The notes under the pieces are model-generated. The model worked only from the letters and a program-made list of their open reading frames with translations. It was not told the origin of the DNA and did no database searches. A DNA stretch of 63,748 nt, filler included, from Octopus bimaculoides (taxonomy: Eukaryota), in the NCBI RefSeq assembly GCF_001194135.2. It is 6 parts of 6 records of this genome, joined end to end, with 100 filler letters (N's around TTAATTAATTAA, not from the genome) between each part and the next. Parts side by side here need not be neighbours in the genome. Positions count along the whole stretch, not along the records: positions 48,289 to 58,806 come from NC_069008.1; positions 58,907 to 61,785 come from NC_068997.1; positions 61,886 to 63,748 come from NW_026381047.1; 3 more parts are not named here. One strand, 5' to 3'. Position numbers and translations under genes: made by a program. The stretch's first letter is position 1. Each line of letters begins with the position of its first letter. Shown here piece after piece: positions 53,719-63,748 of the stretch.

Positions 53719-54710
53719 ATATATATATATATATATATATATATNNNNNNNNNNNNNNNNNNNNNNNNNNNNNNNNNNNNNNNNNNNNNNNNNNNNNNNN
53801 NNNNNNNNNNNNNNNNNNNNNNNNNNNNNNNNNNNNNNNNNNNNNNNNNNNNNNNNNNNNNNNNNNNNNNNNNNNNNNNNNNNNNNNNNNNNNNNNNNNN
53901 NNNNNNNNNNNNNNNNNNNNNNNNNNNNNNNNNNNNNNNNNNNNNNNNNNNNNNNNNNNNNNNNNNNNNNNNNNNNNNNNNNNNNNNNNNNNNNNNNNNN
54001 NNNNNNNNNNNNNNNNNNNNNNNNNNNNNNNNNNNNNNNNNNNNNNNNNNNNNNNNNNNNNNNNNNNNNNNNNNNNNNNNNNNNNNNNNNNNNNNNNNNN
54101 NNNNNNNNNNNNNNNNNNNNNNNNNNNNNNNNNNNNNNNNNNNNNNNNNNNNNNNNNNNNNNNNNNNNNNNNNNNNNNNNNNNNNNNNNNNNNNNNNNNN
54201 NNNNNNNNNNNNNNNNNNNNNNNNNNNNNNNNNNNNNNNNNNNNNNNNNNNNNNNNNNNNNNNNNNNNNNNNNNNNNNNNNNNNNNNNNNNNNNNNNNNN
54301 NNNNNNNNNNNNNNNNNNNNNNNNNNNNNNNNNNNNNNNNNNNNNNNNNNNNNNNNNNNNNNNNNNNNNNNNNNNNNNNNNNNNNNNNNNNNNNNNNNNN
54401 NNNNNNNNNNNNNNNNNNNNNNNNNNNNNNNNNNNNNNNNNNNNNNNNNNNNNNNNNNNNNNNNNNNNNNNNNNNNNNNNNNNNNNNNNNNNNNNNNNNN
54501 NNNNNNNNNNNNNNNNNNNNNNNNNNNNNNNNNNNNNNNNNNNNNNNNNNNNNNNNNNNNNNNNNNNNNNNNNNNNNNNNNNNNNNNNNNNNNNNNNNNN
54601 NGTCAAGCTATGGTGGGAGGGTTGGTGGGTGGGTGGGTCAAACACAGGCACAAAGACACATGCACATAAATATATACATACATACCTACATGCATACATA
54701 CATATATATG

Positions 54711-54744
<34 letters not shown>

Positions 54745-54849
54745 TACATGTGTGTGTATATATATATAAACATATATATATATATATATACACATACATA
54801 CACATATACATACACACACACATGCATACATACACATATGTATATATGC

Positions 54850-54887
<38 letters not shown>

Positions 54888-54891
<4 letters not shown>

Positions 54892-55042
54892 GCACTTCTT
54901 TCAGTTTCAGTCTACCAAATCCACTCACAAGGCTTTGGTCAACCCAAGGCTATAGTAGAAGACATTTGCCCAAGGTGCCACGCTGTGGGATTGAACCCGG
55001 AACCATGTGGTTAGGAAACAAGCTTTTCCCCCACCACAGCTG
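54888..55042 (-). mobile_element. Family C SINE 5' half
   Basis: Reverse complement of the 53555 copy. Confidence 0.85.
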
Positions 55043-56306
55043 CACAAACACAAACAGAATCACACTCATACCAGCCCTAAATACATATACACATGGGCAT
55101 GCACATACACACACACACACACACTGATATCTAGCACCAAAAAGATAAGGGTTACCACCTTCATCCCCCCTTTTTTTACCTCCTTCTCACCTACTCTCTC
55201 CCAGCCAAATATAATGTCTTGTCCCCTTGTGTCTCCTCCATAGCAAAGATACCTATGTTCTCCCGTCTGTCATACTTCAGCCTTCCAACACTTGGCATAA
55301 ATCTACTTCTAACATCTCTATACTCACTAAAAATCTTCTTCTCCTCCTCCTCCTTCTTCTTCTTCTTCTTCTCCTCCTCCTCCTCCTCCTCTTCTCCTCC
55401 TCCCCTCCTTCTTTTTCTTCTTCTTCTTCTCCTCCTCCCCTCCTTCTTTTTCTTCTTCTTCTCCTCCTCCTTCTTCTTNNNNNNNNNNNNNNNNNNNNNN
55501 NNNNNNNNNNNNNNNNNNNNNNNNNNNNNNNNNNNNNNNNNNNNNNNNNNNNNNNNNNNNNNNNNNNNNNNNNNNNNNNNNNNNNNNNNNNNNNNNNNNN
55601 NNNNNNNNNNNNNNNNNNNNNNNNNNNNNNNNNNNNNNNNNNNNNNNNNNNNNNNNNNNNNNNNNNNNNNNNNNNNNNNNNNNNNNNNNNNNNNNNNNNN
55701 NNNNNNNNNNNNNNNNNNNNNNNNNNNNNNNNNNNNNNNNNNNNNNNNNNNNNNNNNNNNNNNNNNNNNNNNNNNNNNNNNNNNNNNNNNNNNNNNNNNN
55801 NNNNNNNNNNNNNNNNNNNNNNNNNNNNNNNNNNNNNNNNNNNNNNNNNNNNNNNNNNNNNNNNNNNNNNNNNNNNNNNNNNNNNNNNNNNNNNNNNNNN
55901 NNNNNNNNNNNNNNNNNNNNNNNNNNNNNNTTTTTTACCTCCTTCTCACCTACTCTCTCCCAGCCAAATATAATGTCTTGTCCCCTTGTGTCTCCTCCAT
56001 AGCAAAGATACCTATGTTCTCCCGTCTGTCATACTTCAGCCTTCCAACACTTGGCATAAATCTACTTCTAACATCTCTATACTCACTAAAAATCTTCTTC
56101 TCCTCCTCCTCCTTCTTCTTCTTCTTCTCCTCCTCCTTCTTTTTCTTCTCCTCTTCCTCCTCCTCCTCCTTCTTCTCCTTCTTCTTCTTCTTCTTCTCTT
56201 TCTTCTTCTTCTTCTTCTTCATGGTCATCGCCATCATTACCATGGTTATGGGAGTTATGATACTGCTGCTACTGCTGATAAGGATGATGATGGTGTTGGT
56301 GGTGGT

Positions 56307-56351
<45 letters not shown>

Positions 56352-56400
56352 TACTATGAAACCTACAGCTTCTCTGCTGAAATAATGAATTCCTATTTAA

Positions 56401-56618
56401 CTCTTTTCACATTTCTGATTACTCTGTCAAAAGTGATGCTCATTTATTCACATCGTTTTCAATTAATCATTCATTATCTCACAGCTTTGAAATGTTCATG
56501 ATGTGATTGTTCCTATTCAGAATGACGTTGTAAGTGTGAGAGGTCAAATCTGGCAGGGTTTGAATATAAAGCAAGCAGAATGTTTGGGCTGGATATAGCT
56601 TGTTTAAATGCTACACAG
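56401..56618. mobile_element. Decayed piggyBac-type MITE (TTAA flanks)
   Basis: TTAA-CTCTTTTCACATT ... AATGCTACACAG-TTAA, consistent with an eroded CCCTTTAGCATT TIR. Confidence 0.5.
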
Positions 56619-56732
56619 TTAATGCCTATAATTAGTGGTGCATTTAGCTGCAATTACTGCAATGTTGAGTGCAATGACAAGCTCTAAAAACTGTCATTTT
56701 CAAGCACATAAAGTAACACACATTTTATCCCT

Positions 56733-57129
56733 TTATTTTTTACTTGTTTCAGTCATAACATTGCGACCATACTGGGGCACTGCCTTGAAGAATCAACACT
56801 AGCATTTTTTTTAAAACTTGGTACTTATTCTATCGGTCTCTATAGCCAAATTGCTAAATTACAGGGATGTAAACACACCAACATTGGTTATCAAGTAGTG
56901 GAGGAGGTGGACACAGACACAAATATACACACACATACAGATATATCTGTCTATATATATATAAATATATGACAGGCTTCTTTCAGTTTCCATCTACAAA
57001 TCCACTCAAAAAGTTTTAGTCTGCCTGAGGTTATAGGAGAAGATACTTGTCCAAGGTACCAAACAGAGGGGCTGAACCTGGAACCATGTCGTTTGGAAGC
57101 AAGCTTCTTACCACACAGCCACTCCTGTG
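56733..57129 (-). mobile_element. Family C SINE, complete (head, internal microsatellite, tail), CpG-decayed
   Basis: Head matches 53555, tail matches 39262. Confidence 0.9.
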
Positions 57130-57154
57130 TCTGATATTTTGCTAGTATAATCTG

Positions 57155-57918
57155 GGATCTTTTTTAAAACGGGGGCCACATTTTTCATTAATGTTTTACG
57201 TAGTGTTTTTGGTACCGAAAGACTTTCAAACTTCGTATACTTATCTATTTTGTGTTACAGAACAGAAAAATATTTTTGTCTTCGAATTTATTTCACGTAA
57301 AAAAATTGTCTTATTTCTATAATTTCAACCAATCACTGACAAGTATTCAGTTGTTTATATTTACTCCTTTGGCTGATTAAGCCATAGCTTCGTTTTATTT
57401 GCTTTTTTCATTTTAAATTTGCTTTTTTCATTTTCTTTTTTTTCTTCTTCGTTTTATTTGCTTTTTTCTTTTTNNNNNNNNNNNNNNNNNNNNNNNNNNN
57501 NNNNNNNNNNNNNNNNNNNNNNNNNNNNNNNNNNNNNNNNNNNNNNNNNNNNNNNNNNNNNNNNNNNNNNNNNNNNNNNNNNNNNNNNNNNNNNNNNNNN
57601 NNNNNNNNNNNNNNNNNNNNNNNTTCTTTTTAAATTTGCTGTTTTACCCTAACCCTAACCCTAACCCTATCACCGATAGAATTGTTTCAGAATCGTTTGT
57701 TTATGTAGTCGGTACTTAATGTATATCGGCTGAATGGACGTCAGTGATTGGTTGAAATTACAGAAATACGACAACTTTAACATGGAATAACTTAGGGATT
57801 TCTTTTTTTTTAAGAAGACTAAGAGAAAAAGATATTTTATATGACACATTCTACCAGTGTTCCAAGTTTCAAAGTGTGTCGTTAATGAAAAATGTGGCCC
57901 CCGTTTTAAAAAAGATCC
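57155..57918. mobile_element. Non-autonomous DNA transposon (Merlin-like) with perfect ~37-bp TIRs
   Basis: GGATCTTTTTTAAAACGGGGGCCACATTTTTCATTAA at both ends, inverted; flanks ATAATCTG/GCAATCTG; subterminal IR AATTTCAACCAATCACTGAC; internal (CCCTAA)3. Confidence 0.85.
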
Positions 57919-58259
57919 GCAATCTGAAAGTAGAACAGTAAAAATGTGCAAGACTGTTCTAAATTCTTTAACCATTGCTATTATCCACATTCCAATAATA
58001 GCGCTTTGTATCTAAAACTGGCCCCATTCTTGTAGGAAGAATTCAAGTGATTAAGAAATAAAGGTAACATGGTTGCAAGCTTACAGGTATAACATACATA
58101 TATACATACTATATAAGTATGTACATACAAATATACATATATGCATAGTCTAGATCTGTATATACATACACACATATATGTACACATTGTAGCTGCTTTC
58201 TCATATATGAGCAAAGCCATTGCTGGAAAGAATCATTGAAATGAGTCCCTGATAATGCA

Positions 58260-58585
58260 TTGCGAGTCCCTTGTATGACTCTTGAGCCCCACCAAAGATT
58301 TGTACATTTTATTGCATGATGCACAGTTGTCCTGGCTGGCAGAAGGAACAGGTGTGAGAGGTCAAATCTAGCAGGTGCTTCGGTATGAAGTCCTTTAACA
58401 TGCCTTTTTAATCCTCCAACTGAAAAGCACACCTTTCCACAGGTTGCACATGTTCTGTTGTGAAGAAAAGCCATTTCGCAATTTACAGGTGGTTCATTCC
58501 TCTGAGTTCTCTGAATGCTGACCAGGTCTGCATGACTCAGGCATTTCCTTCCACAAATCACACACATAAAAAATAACATGTGCAC
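58260..58585 (-). mobile_element. LINE C-terminal relic with two C2H2 zinc fingers (RTE-like)
   Basis: FMCVICGRKCLSHADLVSIQRTQ (degenerate) and TCATCGKVCFSVGGLKRHVKGLH; no upstream RT, preceded by (TATG)n. Confidence 0.55.
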
Positions 58586-58604
58586 ATACCTACATACATA
58601 CATA

Positions 58605-58770
58605 CGATGCGTCCTGCCTAGCTCTTCGAAACGCCGGTGTTAAAACGGAGGTAGCTGATGAAGTAGAATGTTCTCTATGTGGCTTGTGTGTTTTCTCGTC
58701 TCTGTTTTGTTTGCAATGTCCTGTACCCAGATATGCACCTATACATACAGGTGGATGTCGGTATTTGTTT
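58605..58770 (+). repeat. Dispersed repeat, second copy at 60787-60910
   Basis: Shared ATGTTCTCTATGTGGC(T/C)TGTG...GTTTTGTTTGCAATGTCCTGTACCCAGATATGCACCTATA. Confidence 0.85.
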
Positions 58771-58906
58771 ATATATATATATATATAATCTTTTAACTCT
58801 TTTACTNNNNNNNNNNNNNNNNNNNNNNNNNNNNNNNNNNNNNNNNNNNNTTAATTAATTAANNNNNNNNNNNNNNNNNNNNNNNNNNNNNNNNNNNNNN
58901 NNNNNN

Positions 58907-58950
<44 letters not shown>

Positions 58951-59211
58951 GTTTTATACACATGCACAAATATACATATACATATTTATATATACACATG
59001 CATATATATATATATACAAGAATAAAAGAATACATTTAAATTTATATCTCTTCTAAAGAGGGCTTGTTTGCATGTCTATGTCTATAGACTTCTACATACA
59101 GCGATATGAACGTATGCATATTTGCATGCATGTATGTATATGTATATACGCACACTCGTGCATGCGCGTGCACACACACAAGTGTGCATATATTACATGT
59201 ACACATCTTAT

Positions 59212-59260
<49 letters not shown>

Positions 59261-59734
59261 NNNNNNNNNNNNNNNNNNNNNNNNNNNNNNNNNNNNNNNN
59301 NNNNNNNNNNNNNTATAGCGTCGTATGGTTATTTCTATTTGCCCCAAGGCGGCTTGTTTGATATTCATGCGTTATATAGCGTAATATATGGCGATTTGTA
59401 CCTAGAAAATCTAGTCTCGGTTCTAAGAGTGTATGTATGTATAGCTATGTACTTTCTATAACTACCAGTAGATATAATTGAGCATACATGTATATAATAT
59501 TATATAATTACTTATAGGTAGACTGTTATTCAGCTACATTAAATCCACTATATCAGCTATCAGCTACCTTACCCATACAGTTTTCTTAGTATGCGTGTCT
59601 GTACATACATACATACATACATACACACATACATATTCACATACAAACATCTATAGAACTATATTTAAAGAAGTATAAACTGTACATCTTACTAATGAAA
59701 ATATTCCATTCATGTGATAAAGAACACAATTCTG

Positions 59735-60160
59735 GCGTAGAGTTGTTTATCACCCAACCCCATGATTCCATGTTCGGTCCCACGGCGTCGCAACTTGAGC
59801 AAGTGTCTTCAACTATTGCCTCGGGATGGCCAAATCCTCGTGAGAGGATGTGGTAGACGGAAACTGAAAGAAGCGCAGCGTTCACAAACACACATGCACA
59901 CATGCACACACATGCACACATGCGCATGCAAAAACACACGCACAAGCACGCACACATACATGTATATATATTGGTGTGACACTCTGTCTGTGGTTGTCCA
60001 CCACCACCACCACCACCGCTTGAAGACCGCTGTTGGTGCATTTACGTCCCTTTAACCTAGTGGCTCGGTGAAACATAGTCATAGAATATGTACCAAGCTT
60101 TAAAAAAAAAAGTGGGGCTCGATTCATTCTACAAAACATTGTTCAAAGAGTCGGCCCTGT
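59735..60160 (+). mobile_element. Family C SINE, diverged, with internal (CA)n/(CAC)n; CpGs retained
   Basis: TTGAGCAAGTGTCTTC...GTAGACGGAAACTGAAAGAAGC then TGCATTTACGTCCC...ACTGAAACAA. Confidence 0.8.
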
Positions 60161-60176
60161 CTAGTAACTGAAACAA

Positions 60177-60225
<49 letters not shown>

Positions 60226-61271
60226 NNNNNNNNNNNNNNNNNNNNNNNNNNNNNNNNNNNNNNNNNNNNNNNNNNNNNNNNNNNNNNNNNNNNNNNNNNN
60301 NNNNNNNNNNNNNNNNNNNNNNNNNNNNNNNNNNNNNNNNNNNNNNNNNNNNNNNNNNNNNNNNNNNNNNNNNNNNNNNNNNNNNNNNNNNNNNNNNNNN
60401 NNNNNNNNNNNNNNNNNNNNNNNNNNNNNNNNNNNNNNNNNNNNNNNNNNNNNNNNNNNNNNNNNNNNNNNNNNNNNNNNNNNNNNNNNNNNNNNNNNNN
60501 NNNNNNNNNNNNNNNNNNNNNNNNNNNNNNNNNNNNNNNNNNNNNNNNNNNNNNNNNNNNNNNNNNNNNNNNNNNNNNNNNNNNNNNNNNNNNNNNNNNN
60601 NNNNNNNNNNNNNNNNNNNNNNNNNNNNNNNNNNNNNNNNNNNNNNNNNNNNNNNNNNNNNNNNNNNNNNNNNNNNNNNNNNNNNNNNNNNNNNNNNNNN
60701 NNNNNNNNNNNNNNNNNNNNNNNNNNNNNNNNNNNNNNNNNNNNNNNNNNNNNNNNNNNNNNNNNNNNNNNNNNNNNNNNNNTATATATGTTCTCTATGT
60801 GGCCTGTGCGTGTTCTGTACTCTGGTTATTATTATTTTTTTGTCTACGTTTTGTTTGCAATGTCCTGTACCCAGATATGCACCTATATATACAGGTAGAC
60901 GTAGGTATGCACATACCTGTACGTATATATGCATATACTCATTTATTATTTGTTATATATATATATATATATATATATATGCTCACACAATTATATATAT
61001 ATTATACATACAATTTATGCGTACATTGTTATAAACTTTCGAGAGAGCTTGAAACAATTTTTGATTTTTTGGGGAGATAATGGCTGTAGAACCACATCAT
61101 ATACAGCTCTAAAGAAGAGCATGTAAAATATAGGGTTTAAAAGTTAACCCGATATCTGCATTCTATTCTTTATAGCACCGCATGGTGTGCTTCGAGAATC
61201 ATTATTCCCAAAACAGAAGATACGCACGTGCTCGTAAACACGCACAACACACACTCTCTCACACAAACACA

Positions 61272-61316
<45 letters not shown>

Positions 61317-61730
61317 TCACACACGTGTGCAATAAATGCGTACTGATTCACAACGCACACAGAAAACATACGCAACGCAACGCACAGCAAACATACATAC
61401 ACACACACACATCTGTACATGGTTGTATGTATATATAGCGGTGTACAATAATATAAATCATTACGAGCAATACAAGCGATGTTAAAACATCTAGACGTTT
61501 AAACAAGCAACGAATGCATGTAATATATTTATATTAGATTTCTATAGAATCCTATTTACATCTCTTATATTTAAATAACAGCAATGACTCAATTTCAATG
61601 ATTTATGTTTTACAAGTAGCATTGAAATGCGGAGGAAAAAAAATAACGTCAATTCTTAAACGCATGCGCACAGATTGTTGTGTGGCTAAGGAAGTTAGCT
61701 TGGTAATTGCATGTTATACATGTTCACTCT

Positions 61731-61785
<55 letters not shown>

Positions 61786-62049
61786 NNNNNNNNNNNNNNN
61801 NNNNNNNNNNNNNNNNNNNNNNNNNNNNNTTAATTAATTAANNNNNNNNNNNNNNNNNNNNNNNNNNNNNNNNNNNNNNNNNNNNCGCACATATCTGAAT
61901 TTAATGCTGAGTCTACCAATGATCAATCAACACATTGAGATGTAGTTACTGCAGTTAATAAAGCTATAGCTCTATCAAGTTCGTTCAGAGTTGCCTCTGT
62001 TAGGTACATCTCCTTTTGTCTGCTGCGTGTTTGTGAGTTTAATTTGTTA

Positions 62050-63748
62050 TTGTCTAATATTTCATTGCTACTGCGCTGTTTATTGTACTTGTTGAAATTC
62101 GAACTGTTGTTAATTTGAGAACTGCTATTTTCGTCCTGCGGGGCAGAAAATTGTGGAATCTTGATATTGTTGGAAACAACTGCAATTTGAACTTGTGTTT
62201 TGAACTCTTTGATTTTTTACCCTTTTGCAGGGTTAAAAATATTTGTGTTAAATAATTTTGGCAGAAATTATTTCTTCTCATTATTTTCTGCAAAAATTTT
62301 TTTGTCAATTTGTATATTCCTCTTGAAGGAATTTATTTTTCTGTGAAATTTCATTATGGAGTACAACTTACTGTCTCAGGAGGATTCCCCAGAAATGGAA
62401 AAGGTACCAAGTAAAGAAACTGATAATGTGAAACAAGTACTCAAGGAAAAAGTAAGTTTTTCGGCCGCGGTAGGCGGTAATATGATAGAGCTGGAGGTGA
62501 CTATGGCAGAATTGTTCAAGTATAGGAATCTCATAAGGAAAAACGGAAACGATACAAAATTGCTCCCTCCGCAAGAAATTGTGCAGAATATAGCTGCGAG
62601 AACGGTGGTATATAAGACGTATAATATAGAGGAAAAGAAAAGATTGTAACATGTAAAATTGAAGTAATTGAGAGGCGTCTAGCACCTATATGAAACAAAG
62701 TTGTGTATGTTGGCCGTGGTAGAAGGAATGCCACGGTCGAGGCACAGTTTGCCAATGAGAATACGACAAAGGAATTTTCAACCAGAACATTAAAAAACGA
62801 TGAAATAATTCTGCTACTAACGTATTTGGGCAGAAGAACGGCAAAAATCACTGTGGAAGAAATACCAGCTGGATTCGACGAAATTTGGATAGCAGCCGCC
62901 ATCATCTACGGTATAGAAGAAAAAATGTCTAATTTACAGATGAAAAAAAATGAAGATGGAAATCGGAAGGAGAAGACCCTTGAGGTCGTGGTTCAAGCTA
63001 CCCCAGAAGTCATAGAAGGGCTGCCCGATAGCATATTTATAAGGGAGGGGCTGAGTGTGAGATTCGCAGTAGAGGGGCGTAAAGGGCCTTGTCCGCTCTG
63101 AATGCAAGCCAAAAGAAAAGAAGAGTGAAGCCCCTCTCCAAAAAGAATCGCTAGAGACGAGAGAAAAAGAGAAACAAACGGCAAGAGCAGCAGAAACAGT
63201 GGGGGAAGAAACCTTTAAAGACAAGAAAAAAGCAAGAAAAGCACAAGAAATAACTCAAAATACAGACGAAGAAATTAAACTTACTGTGGTCAAGAGGGAT
63301 GACGTCGTAGGAGAAACTCTGGGGCTCGATGAGGGCCAGCTAGCCAACCTATTTCAAAGAACTTTCGGGCCGGAGTATCTGGATAACTACCAGAAATCTT
63401 TAACCTGACAGTGCTATAGGAGCGCGTTACCTGTTCGTGACAAATTGTCTAGGCATGGAATGTCTGTGCCACCGACATGCCCAAGGTGCGGGCAGGACTT
63501 TGAAACCGTTCTGCACGCTCTTGTACAGTGCCGGAGTTTTCGGCCTTGATAATTTACATAGAACACGTGCTGTCACACCTGGGAAGAGTACAGCTATCTG
63601 TTGAGTCCATGGTCGAGAACCCGGACTATCAAAGGAAGGTGAGGCATGTTTTTTTTATGTACAGTCGCAGTATCGAAAGAGTGTCTATGGAAAACTAGAA
63701 TGAAAGGCGTCGCGACGAGAATTTTCATCTCCGGCGCTGGTTTGCTAT
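62050..63748 (+). mobile_element. L1/Tx1-clade LINE derivative: 5' UTR, broken ORF1, internal deletion, ORF2 C-terminus (runs off window)
   Basis: ORF1-like frames 62356-62649 and 62703-63101 (...VRFAVEGRKGPCPL); from ~63290 DDVVGETLGLDEGQLANLFQRTFG...QKSLT*QCYRSALPVRDKL...CPRCGQDFETVLHALVQC, homologous to 19000-19450; 5' boundary approximate. Confidence 0.85.

Noticed and set aside
57647-57668. Telomere / chromosome end (CCCTAA repeats)
   Set aside because: Only ~3 units, internal to a TIR element
61660-61675. NRF1-like CGCATGCGCA promoter motif
   Set aside because: Isolated motif without supporting CpG-rich context or downstream exon

Overview
This 63.7 kb window is eukaryotic, repeat-dominated, gapped draft-assembly sequence. 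From the SINE families and microsatellite density I infer a cephalopod (Octopus-like) genome; this is not proven. I found no confidently identifiable host protein-coding gene, rRNA, true tRNA or CRISPR array. Most long ORFs in the track are artefacts of microsatellites and N-runs. Recognisable content: about 30 tRNA-derived SINE copies or fragments of at least four families; decayed LINEs (R4/Dong, L1/Tx1, L2/CR1, RTE); Penelope-like relics; two mariner relics; several MITEs; and five artificial 100-bp scaffold spacers. The most notable signal is a tRNA-headed SINE whose 3' tail contains a minimal Penelope-type hammerhead ribozyme motif. It occurs as three copies or fragments, and a Penelope GIY-YIG relic nearby carries its own hammerhead-like motif. 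Also notable are a sharply bounded CpG-depleted block at about 48.3-58.6 kb (a gene-body methylation footprint by inference), an internally deleted Tx1-like LINE lacking EN/RT, and a mariner nested in a Dong LINE.
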